From: Candidatus Eiseniibacteriota bacterium
GTDB lineage: Bacteria > Eisenbacteria > RBG-16-71-46
Length of the DNA stretch: 64,000 nt
Assembly (NCBI GenBank): GCA_963717505.1
Contig: OY970342.1
Span: 2,080,001-2,144,000 of the forward strand
Reading direction: 5' to 3'
Shown here: positions 40,401-48,370 of the stretch, piece by piece
How positions within the stretch are numbered: position 1 is the stretch's first letter
Layout of the letters: each line of letters begins with the position of its first letter
The notes under the pieces: generated by a model
The model's input: the letters and a program-made list of their open reading frames with translations, nothing else
Told to the model about the DNA's origin: nothing
Database searches by the model: none
Position numbers and translations under genes: made by a program

Positions 40401-42133
40401 ACGACAACGTCCTGGCGAACGTGCCGATCGGATTCGCGTTCCCGTTCTACGGCGGAACCTTCAGCACCGTGAACCTGAGCACCAACGGCTGGATGTCGTT
40501 CACCAGTGCGCTGGTGCCGGGTGCCACACCGATGGCGCTTCCGAGCACGAACGCGGCGGCGCCGAAGAACCTGGTCGCCCCGTTCTGGGAGAACCTGACG
40601 TTCGGCAGCATCCAACGGGGGTACGCGCTGCGCGAGGCCGATCGTTTCATCGTCAGCTACATCGCGGTGGCGACCCTTCCGGTCACCGGCGCCTACACCT
40701 TCCAGACCATCCTCCATTCCGACGGACGGATCGTGTTCCAGTACCTCAACGTGCCGGTCCCGGCGCCGAGCCTGGGGGTGATCGGGATCCAGAACGGCGA
40801 CGGCACCGTCGGCCTCACGGTGGCGAACGGCACGTCGTACGTGCAACGCAATTTCGCGGTCGAGTTCTCACCAGGCGTGCGCTGGCTGCGCGTCGTGCCG
40901 GGCGTGTTCGACCTCGCGGCCGGCGGAACCCTGCCGCTCGGCGTTCAGTTCGACGCCACCGGACTCGGCGACGGCGACCATCAGGCCATCATCCGGCTGA
41001 TGACCAACGACCTCGAGACCCCGCTGGTCGACGTTCCGGTGTCGCTGCACGTCGGGTCGATCGTTGCGGCATTCAAGGTCAACCTGCGTTGTGCGCGCGA
41101 CGACGACGACCATGAAACGCTGGGCGGCGACGACGATGACGACGATGGCGGCGGCGATGGGGGCGGGTATCACGACGACGACGACGACGACGGAGGCGGC
41201 CAAGACGACGACGACGACGGTGGTCATCACGACGAAGACGACGACGGCGGCCACGACGACGAAGACGACGACGGCCCGGCGCGCTTCGTTCGCGGCGTGA
41301 TCACGCTGCCCACGGGCTACGATCCGCACGACGTGGTGCTCTCGAGCATCCGGGCGGCGGGGACGGTTCCGGTCAGCACGACCAAGGGGTCGCGGATCCA
41401 CGGGCAGAAGCTCAAGGTCTGGTTCGATCGAGCCGCACTGCTCGCCGTCTTGCCCGACGGCGACGCGATCACCGTCGACGTCGTCGGCGAGGTCGATGGC
41501 GTCACCTGGTTCCAAGGGACCGCCAACGCCTGCCTGCACCGGCCGCACATGGCGGCGGTGGCTGCGGAGTATCACGCCGGCACGCCGGTGGCGCTCAACT
41601 GGAGCGATCCACCGGGGATGGTGCCCAACGCCTTCGATCTGTGGTTCTCGTTCGATGCCGGCGAGACCTGGACGCCGGTGGCGCGGGGATTGACCTCGCA
41701 TTCGATCACCTGGTCGGTGCCGAACATCGCGACCACGGAGGGCATGCTGGGGCTGGTGGCGATCGGGCCGGACGGCCCGACCGGCAGCTGGCGCTCGGCG
41801 GAGTTCGAGATCGTGGGTGCGACCGCGGATCGACTCGCTTCGCGTGGGGTGCCGGGGGCCTTCGGGCTGCGCCTGGCCGGACCCAATCCATCCCGGACCG
41901 GTCCGACCCTGGAGCTGGCGCTGCCGACGCGCCAGGTCGTCACGGTCGCGGTCTACGACGTGCGCGGCGCGCGGGTCCGGTCGTACCCCGCGGCCGAGTT
42001 CGAGCCGGGGTGGCATCGCGTCACCTGGGACGGGCGCGGGGACGACGGGCGCCCGCTCGGGGCCGGGGTCTACTTCGTGCGCGGATCCGCCGGTCGCGAG
42101 CACGCGACGGTGCGTGTGGCGATGTTGAAGTAG
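31433..42133 (+). CDS. Giant secreted S8 subtilase (about 3,570 aa) with FN3, multiple choice-of-anchor D/ASH Ig domains, repeated modules and FlgD-Ig C-terminal domain
   Basis: GGAGG RBS, signal peptide; triad GVIDTG, HGTHVSG, GTSMATP; repeated SNDP..P...V.L.G.G Ig linkers; C-terminal PNP...VYDVRG...WDGR...G.YF. Confidence 0.92.
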   Translation: MVRVLALLFAGILALSPLPAAAFPDPTASPATNASVPREVIVRFRAEATDWQRDALRTRMNGRVKWQFRRPDVQLIELESGTAEDVILQLADDPLIEYIEPNYRVQILATPSDPRFSELWGMRNIGQTGGTPGADIRALAAWDVFTGDSTMRVGVIDTGVDYTHPDLAANIWTNPGEIPGNSIDDDGNGFVDDVHGFDVVNFDGDPMDDHGHGTHVSGTIAGVANNGIGVAGVNWRAKIVGIKFLDGGGGGSTAGAIAAIEYSIAIGLKITNNSWGGGAYSEALLDAINAAGTAGQIFVAAAGNGFGNDNDVNPQYPASYPAGNIISVAATDHNDQLADFSNIGATTVDLAAPGALILSTIPSGGYTVASGTSMATPHVAGALALLWGHRPGLTAAQARARLLAGVDPRPALAGKMATGGRLNALFAIGDPDSIPPGGITSLSVLGVFSNSALLTWTATGDDGASGRASSYDLRYSTAPITPGNFESATPFPGPDPRPSGAADSVEVTGLSFSTTHYFAVRALDEYSNPGPVSNVVSATTLGAPDVSLSPTSISSTLAGTSEVRTLTIANVGPGTLDFSIPAPSTALSPMLQHPTVTVAKGAMDPRHGTPVVVDQGGPDSFGYRWIDSDDPGGPEFDWLDITTVGTLTAVTGDEDVASGIPIGFPFSFYGTEFESVNVCANGWLSFTDARIPSYNIQPLPNAGPQSPQDLVAPFWSDLHAGGVRRVYTYSDEERFVVSWVGMGHYFLPGTFTFQAQLYRTGEMRFQYHTLSGPDSFSSIGIQNATRDVGLNISFFTDYARPGLAVRILPPAAWLTAEPRSGRIPAGSNQAVNLTLDATRLLGGTYRSDLHVTSNDPDESDVVVPVQLVAIGVPEIELSRTAIDFGSVLTGGTARETLFVQNPGTDSLRVTSVTSSHPAFTASLASLTVPPLSQRRLLVDFTPLANGPSGGTLTLNSNDANEGVRTVALSGVGLPPPDIAVSPESLWVGLDVGGSTTRTVRVANPGESDLNVIVMPIEVPGGPGPGPAGMPSRLPVDPPPGGPPPVPPGPETNLVPRTQPPVALAGFYTGSRMTFGVTDFGEVMPFQFPNGNEHLATGAWISGYTVGFKTALGSDSLINTFTSGTEFRNGIVPESFQELEVSSSRVLVRVTTRTADGSIRIVRDITFLRNDQFVHVSTRIDNLTLGPLAGVIFKEFADWDVDNDPGDDTWDFDPSRNLVVASDLTYTGLAAGTTPQALDLYGWDDFSSYATFVNFPVGPIAGLDGLALMHFDLGTLDGSQSATAGASYCGGANLADLQAAVDRANAGVSWLTAVPDTFTVPAGAFLDVTVGFDAGDLLGGDYRAILRLASNDPNEAEFDVPVLLQVTGVPDLTVFPTALTFDSTFVGYVSIETLVVHNPGTDSLRVSNIVSPSPVFVAYPMGFVVGPGGSRALTVAFAPTSVGVAGGPLEFISNDPLEPTFAVPLQGVGLDPPIASAEPDSFLVGLFTGASHRRQLLLSNTGGSNLRATIEAVSTGGTDSTSSAKTVPAVVAMASPRPGVRLDDWNSQVGSRGPALNALPPARAFPASTLPLVIEDPAGDGGVVDLLRLRGSSSSGELRVAFELACCVDPFNFGGYLSLDIDQNPATGDPPYYGAPGHDIGQDVVVTLFSLGYGYVDVFQTPGSYLGAFPITFEPTGFSFAIPLAVLGADGDIDVSGVIGTGSGPTDWFPDTGHGTISSASWLSFTPAELTIPPGSTVAVDAIFDAAGLNGGDYSADIIIRTNDPGPGSTLIVPARLEVTGAPDIAVSLSTVDFGNLFIGLSSAESLIVRNEGTDVLEVTGIATSDPAFTVSSTSLVLPPGASAVLMLTFTPAAAVGYAGGLTLLSNDFDEPSLVVALTGQGLNPPIVGVAPESLRVGLLTNETKVRTLRVSNTGGSDLVVTVSGALSPPDSGSAPTSAAAGPETFEFAGYDPRRETPGVLPGPGGGQAPAGVGPEINQVPRTLSPRVLMGNYSGTQLAFGLTDLGEVMPFQFPLGNEHLAIGGWVSGYTVGYIIDGFARVFWAGHDTRFGIVPVSYQELVNSPTFVSVRVTTATTDGVLRIVRDFEFLRNENFIRVTTRLENQFGAPVPGVVYKEFADWDMDGDFTDDSWDYDQGRGLTIAWDQKFAGLAGGRIPDQMDMFGWGDHANYSTFVDFPVGPINNLDGTSLLHFNQGTLAGGGSISTTVSYSAAHSLPELLAAVDRANTTWLSVSPTQFTVPVGGHTDLAVLFDATGLPGGDYSAEIRLSSNDPVRGLVQVPVLLEVTGVPDIRVSPEALDFGLVFVGAASAETLEVRNLGSDVLEVSSIVFSDPAFTNGEGAFTLEPGASRTLLVTFQPGAPTAFAGTAGIHSNDPDHPVLSVALSGVGLTPPEVSVEPESLNVTLNHGESAQRTLVVANTGGSDLVATVLVSDVPPDSTGPIRVFPPDGSASVPGARPGPEANAAPPGGPARTLAGLYFGTKMSFGVSDLGEIMPCQFPVGVEHLSVGARISGYTVGFMVGSTPVVYLAGYDSRYGIEPESYQELAVTPSVISVRVTTRTIDGILRIIRVITFRRADQFVHVATTIENLTSSPIAGVVFKEYADWDVDQDAGGDYWTRDTMRGLVYAYDQDYLGLAGKDPPTLLDIYGWGDYGSYDTVVETFPIDPTPVDGMAMLHYSLGTLGAKGKVTRNVSYCAGATRPELLATVDRSGAGPPWIGASPVNLVVAPGQSQNVTVSLESDGLAAGEHQAIVGIRSNDPDEPSLNVPVRLTVVVQPDIAADPRDFGTVYVSQNRVESVVLRNEGAAVLSITGMTTTGNFAVVGSAVGSIPAGGTLSVPVRFTPTAACTPCTGALIVSSNDPDENPFSVPLTGIGVVPPQVTVGPSALQATLAPALGPPATTGSKTLTVGNPGGSVLSGRAVPVELALPEGARVIAVGPLAALESDSDEPRALGGGPDNGGYSWTASNEPGGPVFEWVDIAQTANRLPLVGNDNVLANVPIGFAFPFYGGTFSTVNLSTNGWMSFTSALVPGATPMALPSTNAAAPKNLVAPFWENLTFGSIQRGYALREADRFIVSYIAVATLPVTGAYTFQTILHSDGRIVFQYLNVPVPAPSLGVIGIQNGDGTVGLTVANGTSYVQRNFAVEFSPGVRWLRVVPGVFDLAAGGTLPLGVQFDATGLGDGDHQAIIRLMTNDLETPLVDVPVSLHVGSIVAAFKVNLRCARDDDDHETLGGDDDDDDGGGDGGGYHDDDDDDGGGQDDDDDGGHHDEDDDGGHDDEDDDGPARFVRGVITLPTGYDPHDVVLSSIRAAGTVPVSTTKGSRIHGQKLKVWFDRAALLAVLPDGDAITVDVVGEVDGVTWFQGTANACLHRPHMAAVAAEYHAGTPVALNWSDPPGMVPNAFDLWFSFDAGETWTPVARGLTSHSITWSVPNIATTEGMLGLVAIGPDGPTGSWRSAEFEIVGATADRLASRGVPGAFGLRLAGPNPSRTGPTLELALPTRQVVTVAVYDVRGARVRSYPAAEFEPGWHRVTWDGRGDDGRPLGAGVYFVRGSAGREHATVRVAMLK
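41098..41275 (+). repeat. (GAC)n-rich tract encoding an Asp/Gly/His low-complexity segment
   Basis: DDDDHETLGGDDDDDDGGGDGGGYHDDDDDDGGGQDDDDDGGHHDEDDDGGHDDEDDDG. Confidence 0.9.
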
Positions 42134-42142
42134 AATGGCGGA

Positions 42143-43445
42143 GTGAAGCCGACCACTCTTTCGACGTCGAGCGCGCTCGAACCCGAAAGTCTTTCGGCGC
42201 TGGCGCAGGGCCTCATCGGATCCGAGGTCCTGCGCATCGCCGCAGAAGTGCGGGCGCTGATCGCCGCCGGTCAGCCGGTCTGCAATCTCACGGTCGGGGA
42301 CTTCGACTCGAAGGAGTTCTCGCCGCCCGCCGCCCTGGTCGAAGGCATCCGCGCGGCACTGACCGCCGGCCACACCAACTACCCGCCGTCGAACGGCGTG
42401 CCCGAGTTGCGGGCGGCCATCACGCGTTTCGTCGCCCGGGAGTTCGGCCTCGAGTTCGGGGTCGACTCGGTGTTGGTGGCGGGCGGGGCGCGACCGCTGA
42501 TCTACGCGACCTACCGGACGCTGGTCGATCCCGGAGAGCCGGTCGCCTTTCCGGTGCCGTCCTGGAACAACAACCACTATTGCTACCTGACCGGGGCGCG
42601 CCCGATTCCGATCGAGGTCACTCGCGCCTCGCGCTTCCACCCGACCCCGGCCCAGGTGCGCGATGTGCTGCCCCGGATTCGCATGCTGGCCTTGAACACG
42701 CCGCTCAATCCCACGGGCACCGCGATCGACCCCGAGGTGCTGGCCGAAATCGCACGCGACCTGGTCGAAGAGAACGCGAGGCGTCAGGCGCGCGGCGACC
42801 GCCCGGTGTTCCTGCTCTATGACCAGGTCTACTGGGCGCTCGAGTTCGCGCGCATGGATCCGCTGACGCCGGTGGCGCTGGTGCCCGAGGTCGCGCCATT
42901 CACCGTGATGCTCGACGCGATCTCCAAATCGCTGGCGGCCACCGGGCTCAGAGTCGGCTGGTCGGTGGCCGCACCGGCCGTGACCCAGCACATGTCGGAC
43001 CTGCTCGGGCACGTCGGGGCCTGGGCGCCGCGCGCCGAGCAGATCGCGACCGCGGCGTTCCTCGACGACGCTCAGGCGTTCCGCGCGTTTCGCGTGGAGA
43101 TGCAGCGCCGGCTGCGCGAGCGGCTGGAGTTGATCCACAGGACGCTGGGCGCCATGCGCGAACGCGGCCTGCCGGTCGACGCCGATCGCGCCCGAGGGCA
43201 CGCTCTACCTGTCGGCGCGCTTCGACCTCTTCGGTCGCCACGTCGACGGTCGCGAGATTCGGACCAATGACGACATTCGCCGGGTCCTCCTCCAGGGCGC
43301 GGGGATCGCGGTGGTGCCATTCCAGGCGTTCGGTCTCGATCGCGAGGACGGCTGGTTCCGGCTGTCGGTCGGGGGGGTGACCGTGAAGGCGATCGAAGAG
43401 GGCATGGCGCGCCTGGCGCGGCTGCTCGAGGGCGGCATCGCGTAG
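42143..43445 (+). CDS. PLP-dependent aminotransferase class I/II, apparent +1 frameshift at about 43184
   Basis: NLTVGDF, TNYPP..G, PLNPTG, YDQVY, AISKSLAATGLRVGW; C-terminus (EGTLYL...GIAVVPF..FG...GWFRLSVG) continues in next frame to TAG 43443-43445. Confidence 0.9.
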
Positions 43446-43605
43446 CCTCGGTTCGCCCCACCTCCGTTCGATTTGAAGCTTGACAGTTGCTGGGTGGCGG
43501 CCGAAACTCGACGCGTCGAAGGTGTCTTGCCCCGCCTTCGCTCCGGGTCGCGAGCCCCCGTGCCGCGCCTCGGACTCGACCTTCGACCGGGGATGGTGGC
43601 GCTCC

Positions 43606-45816
43606 ATGCGATCCGTCCGAATTCTTCTTTCCGCCCTTGCGGCGATCACTCTGGCCACCGGGTCCGCCGCATGGGCCCAGTCCGGTCCGGTTCCGGGCAT
43701 TCCCTTCATCTACCAGGCGAGGGACTTCCGGGACCTGGCCGGCAACGTCACGATTCGTTTCCTCGGAAACTTCCCCGTGGTTTCGCCGGATTCCTGTTGG
43801 CGCGCCGAACCGGTGAGCGACTCACCGCCGGTCCTGCGGCTTGCGCCTGGGGCCTGCGAGGACTCCTCGGGAGTCCCACCTGACACGTGGTCCTGGGTTT
43901 TCGGGCTGGGGCGGCTGGCGCCGGGCCACCACACGGTGCTGATCACGGTGCTGCTCGAGAGGACGCCGATCGAGGCTGGCCCCATCGTCTACCAGGGGTA
44001 CTACTCGTTCGACATTCCGCGTGATTCCATACCCACGGGGCTGCCGTACGTCGACCAGGTGCGGATCGAGCCGGCGTACGCGGACTCGTCGAGCCCCATT
44101 TGCCCGGGCGACAGCATCCGCGTCACCTTGAGCGGCGACTTTCCGACCCCGTGCTTCTCGCTCAAGAAGATCGAGATCCTCGACATCGCGATGACGCCAG
44201 TTCCCGGGCCGCCGGTGATCGGGTTGATCGTGGATCGCGGCGGCTGTTTGGACTGTCCCGAGGTGCTCACACCCTGGAACGCGAGCGTCGTGCTGCCGCC
44301 CCAGCGGGCCGGCGCCTACCACCAGATTCTCCAGATGACCGAGGTCGACTGCGGGCTGCCCGACTCGGTCGTGGCCCGCAACACGGCCGCGGTCCCGTTC
44401 GTCGTCAACGAGTGCCCTCCGCCACTCGAGTGCTTGTGGCCCGGATTCGATCACCCGAATGGTCTCGACGCCTGCGACGCGTTCTTGACGCCCGAGCGAA
44501 CGGCCCGGGTGACGTTCAACCTGAGGACCACGGTGGCGCTGGCCGGACTCCAGGGTCGGTTCTTCCTCGAACCTTCGAAGCTACGCATCGTGTCCATCCA
44601 ACCGGTGGGTCCGGCGCTGGGCATGCACCTGAATTGGGCGCCGACCGAAAACGGCGCACGCTTTACAATGTTCGCCGAGAGTGGTGCCCCGATTCCGGCG
44701 TGCGGGGACGACGTTCTCGACCCCACGCGCTGCCGGCCGCTGCCGGTCATCGACGTGACCCTCGCGGCACTCGATCCTGAGGTCCCGGGAGAGACCTGGG
44801 TGAACGTCACCGAGCTGCTGGGCTCGGACGTGTTCGGCAATGGCGTCCGAATCTGCCCGTTCCGGTTCGACGATCCCTCGCGCCTCGTGTCGATGGGCGC
44901 CCGGGTGTGCTCAGAGCCGGGTTGCGACTTCAACACGGACGGCCGCACCGACGTGCGCGATCTGGTGCTCATGGTCCACTGCGTCAACGATCCGATCCAC
45001 TGCAGCATCCCCACGATCGACTGCAACGGTGATTCGACCCGCTCGATCGAGGACGTGATCTGCTGCGCGATTCACATGTTGCGTGAAGGCAGTATCTGCC
45101 CCGAGTGCCCGCCGGACACGACGCGGCCGGCGCCGCACGTGCGAGGCACCATGGGCGCGCCGGTGATCTCGGAGTCGAGCATCGAGATCCCGGTCACGTT
45201 GATCGGAGCCGAGTTCCTGGGTGGCGCGGTGCTCGAGTTCGACTACCCCGCCGACCGCTACGACGTCGACGTCAGCCTGAACAACGGCTCGGGGATCTGG
45301 CTCGAGCTGGATCAGCTGCGCAGCGGCAAACTCGCGGTTGGCCTGGTACGGACCTCGCCGTTGATCACCCTGGACGTCGACCAGCGGCTGAATATGACGA
45401 TGCGCTTCACGCTCAAACCCGGGCAGACGGCGGGGGGTGATTTCGCCTACGCGCGCGGCGAGTTCAGCGGCTGGGACGGCACGCTGCTCGAGGTCGACCT
45501 CGGGAGCCTGAGCCAGACCCTGGGCACGGGAGCGCAGTTGCAGCTTTCCGAGCCGCGGCCCAACCCGACGGCGGGCGAGACCCGCTTCTCGGTGACGCTC
45601 GACCGCGAGTCCGAGGTCGAGATCGGGGTCTACGATCTGAACGGCCGCCGCGTCGCGACCGTGCATCGGGGCATGTTGACCGCGGGGCCGCACGAGTTCA
45701 CCTGGCAGGGCCGGAACGATCAGGGGAGTGCGGTGCCCAATGGCATCTACTTCTACCGCGCGACCGGGTACGGCAATTCGGTGACCCGCAAGCTGGTGAT
45801 GTTGCGCGGTCGGTGA
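43606..45816 (+). CDS. Secreted Cys-rich multidomain protein with dockerin-like and cohesin-like domains and FlgD-Ig C-terminal domain
   Basis: Signal peptide; CDFNTDGRTDVRDL...DCNGDSTRSIEDV; RPNP...VYDLNGRRV...WQGRN...GIYFYR. Confidence 0.75.
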   Translation: MRSVRILLSALAAITLATGSAAWAQSGPVPGIPFIYQARDFRDLAGNVTIRFLGNFPVVSPDSCWRAEPVSDSPPVLRLAPGACEDSSGVPPDTWSWVFGLGRLAPGHHTVLITVLLERTPIEAGPIVYQGYYSFDIPRDSIPTGLPYVDQVRIEPAYADSSSPICPGDSIRVTLSGDFPTPCFSLKKIEILDIAMTPVPGPPVIGLIVDRGGCLDCPEVLTPWNASVVLPPQRAGAYHQILQMTEVDCGLPDSVVARNTAAVPFVVNECPPPLECLWPGFDHPNGLDACDAFLTPERTARVTFNLRTTVALAGLQGRFFLEPSKLRIVSIQPVGPALGMHLNWAPTENGARFTMFAESGAPIPACGDDVLDPTRCRPLPVIDVTLAALDPEVPGETWVNVTELLGSDVFGNGVRICPFRFDDPSRLVSMGARVCSEPGCDFNTDGRTDVRDLVLMVHCVNDPIHCSIPTIDCNGDSTRSIEDVICCAIHMLREGSICPECPPDTTRPAPHVRGTMGAPVISESSIEIPVTLIGAEFLGGAVLEFDYPADRYDVDVSLNNGSGIWLELDQLRSGKLAVGLVRTSPLITLDVDQRLNMTMRFTLKPGQTAGGDFAYARGEFSGWDGTLLEVDLGSLSQTLGTGAQLQLSEPRPNPTAGETRFSVTLDRESEVEIGVYDLNGRRVATVHRGMLTAGPHEFTWQGRNDQGSAVPNGIYFYRATGYGNSVTRKLVMLRGR

Positions 45817-45870
45817 AGCTCGATCGAAAGAATCGAACCGGAGGGCGGCCCGCAAGGGTCGCCCTTCGAC

Positions 45871-48310
45871 ATGTGGGCCGCGCTTGCTCACCGGTCTGAC
45901 CGCGGTACTGCTCGCGATCGCACCCGGGGACTCGACCGCGGCCGATTCGACGCGGCCACCGGCGGTCGCGGACAGCACGACCGAGGCCTTGCTGCCCAGG
46001 GCTGCAGTCCGGCTCCAGGAACTGGTGGTTCGGGCGAGCCGGCTCCACGATCCGCTCTCGAGCCAGACGGTCCATGTGATCCAGTCGGATCTCGTGCGCG
46101 CCCTGCCCTTCGATCGCGTGGTCGAGGTGCTGGCGACTCGGGCCGGAGTCGTCGCTCGCGGCGAGGAGCTGCACGTGCGCGGCGGCCGGGCGGGGGAGAC
46201 CCACGTCACCTTGAACGGCATTGGCCTGAACGAGCCGCGGCACGGGGTACCGCTCGAGCTGCCCTCGCTCGCGGTGCGTGAAGTCGACCTGGTGACCGGC
46301 GGGCTCGACGCCGACCTGGGGGGCGGCCTCGCGGGAGTCGTGGCGTATCGGACGCAGGAGCCGGGCGAGCGACCGGGGGGCGAGCTGGTCTGGAAGACCG
46401 ACGGCCGGCTCTCGACCCATTACGACCAGGTGGGCGCCCGTCTGTCGAGCCCGCTGCCCGGCGGGCTGGGGCTGGTGGCGAGCGGCGAGGCCACGCTCGA
46501 CGACACGCACCTGCCGATGCTCAGGACCGAGTCGCGCGAGCAGATCCTCGGCGGCTCCTTTGGCTGGCGCGCGCAGAACCGCCTGCTCGGACACGCCAAG
46601 CTCACCGCCCGAGCCGGGGTGTCGCGGCTCGCCCTCGACGTGATCGCCAATCGGCGGGTCACTCGGCCCTATGATCCCATGTGGTCGCTCGATGGCTACA
46701 CCAGCCCCTGCGACGATCCGTTCTGCGTCGAAGGTCCGGTGTTCAGCCCGACTCCGCAGCCCGGATACTCACGCTATCGAGCCGCCGATCACCTGGCGAT
46801 CACCGACGAGCGTGGTTCGGCCTCGGTGCTGGCCTGGACCCATGCCGGCGGGCCGCTGCTCCTGCGCGCGGCGGCCGGGTGGCGGCACGCCAACCTCGTG
46901 ACCTCGCTCGATGGCCGGGACGATGCTTCCTACCTCGTGCCCGAGCGCTATCCGGAGTTTGGACTCGCGGAGTCCGACAAGAGCCAGCCGTTCTACGCGT
47001 ATCGCGGGGACGAACCCTTCTTTTCCCGCTCGACCAGCGATCAATGGACGGTGCGTGGCGACGTTCAACACTCGACGCAACGCGGGGGCTTGATCAAGGC
47101 CGGGGTGGGCCTGCTCTACGACCGCGCCGAGCTCGACGAGATCGACTTCACGGTGCAGACCCCGGGGGTCGACTCCGCGCGCGCCTACCGCATCTGGGCG
47201 CCGGGCGGCTACGCCTACGCACAGGGGCGATGGATCTTCGAAGGTCTGGTGGCCCACGGTGGGCTGCGACTCGAGTACTTCGATCCCGGACCCCAGGCCG
47301 ACCAGCAGTCGTTCCCGATCTCGGGCGGCGGCGCCGTCTGGTCGCTGTCGCCCCGCCTGGGCATCGCGTACCCGATCTCGGTGCGCGACGTGTTCTCGCT
47401 CTCGTACCTGCGGGCGTTCCAGAATCCCGAACGCGACTTCCTGTACGACACGCGGGCGAGGACCACGAACCAACAGCCCATCGGCAGGCCCGATCTCGAG
47501 CCGGCGACGATGATCTCCTACCAGGCGGCGGTGAAGCACATCTTCGATCCCCAGTGGTCGCTCCAGGCGGCGGTCTTCTACCGTGACGTGTACGGCCAGG
47601 TCGGCGCGCGCGACGTCAGCCCGGAGAACGACGTTCCCCAGCTTCATTTTCGAAGCGAAGAGGACGCCAGCGTTTCGGGCATCGAAGCCTCGCTGCGTCA
47701 GTCTGCTCCGGAGATGTTCGTCGAACTGCACTACACCTACCTCGAGGCGCGCGGTTCGGCATCGGCCGAGGAGGGGACCCCCTACGGCTCGCAGCTGGGA
47801 CGCCGGGCCGAGGACATCTCCCAGCACGACCTCGACTGGGACCGGCGCCATACGTTCCAGTTCCTGGCGCATCGCGAATGGCCGGGGCTCGGGTCGATCT
47901 CGTGGGCGACGTTCGTCGGTTCGGGACTGCCGTGGACGCCGCGAGCGAGACGACAGGTGATCTCGGACCCGGCGCTCGAGAACAGTGAACGGCTCAAGTG
48001 GGAGGAGAACACCTCAGTCGCGGTGCGCGGGGACCTGCCGTGGACCGATCGCATCACGCTCGGCGTGGAGGTGCGCAACCTGTTCGATTTCCGGAGCGAG
48101 GTCGCGGTCACGGCCGACGGCTATCCGAACCCGCAGATCAACACGTTGTTCGACGACTACGGGGCGTTTCGCACCGAGACCGGGCGCGGCGGCGGCGCCT
48201 ACTGGAACGACACGGACAACGACGGGATTCCGGGCTGGATCCCGGTGCACGACGCGCGGCTGTTCGCGCCGCCGCGCACGTTGCGGATGACGCTGAACGC
48301 GCGCTGGTAG
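45871..48310 (+). CDS. TonB-dependent outer-membrane receptor; probable +1 indel in first codons
   Basis: Plug LHVRGGRAGE....LNG, VTGGLDA.LGG..AGVV; barrel SPRLG.AYP, L.P...SY, LDWDRRH, VRNLFD, PR.LR....RW terminal; ATG 45871 is 13 nt from in-frame TTG 45884. Confidence 0.88.
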
Positions 48311-48370
48311 GTGGGAGCCCGGGCCGGGCGGACCCGGCAAGGGGGAGATGGCGCTAGCGGTTGGAAGCGC

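Noticed and set aside
32960-40846. 981-aa and 1351-aa minus-strand ORFs
   Set aside because: Antisense shadows of the subtilase; no recognisable motifs.
42143-43445. Aminotransferase pseudogene or programmed frameshift
   Set aside because: Single extra base with intact sequence on both sides and no slippery site; matches the window-wide indel error pattern.
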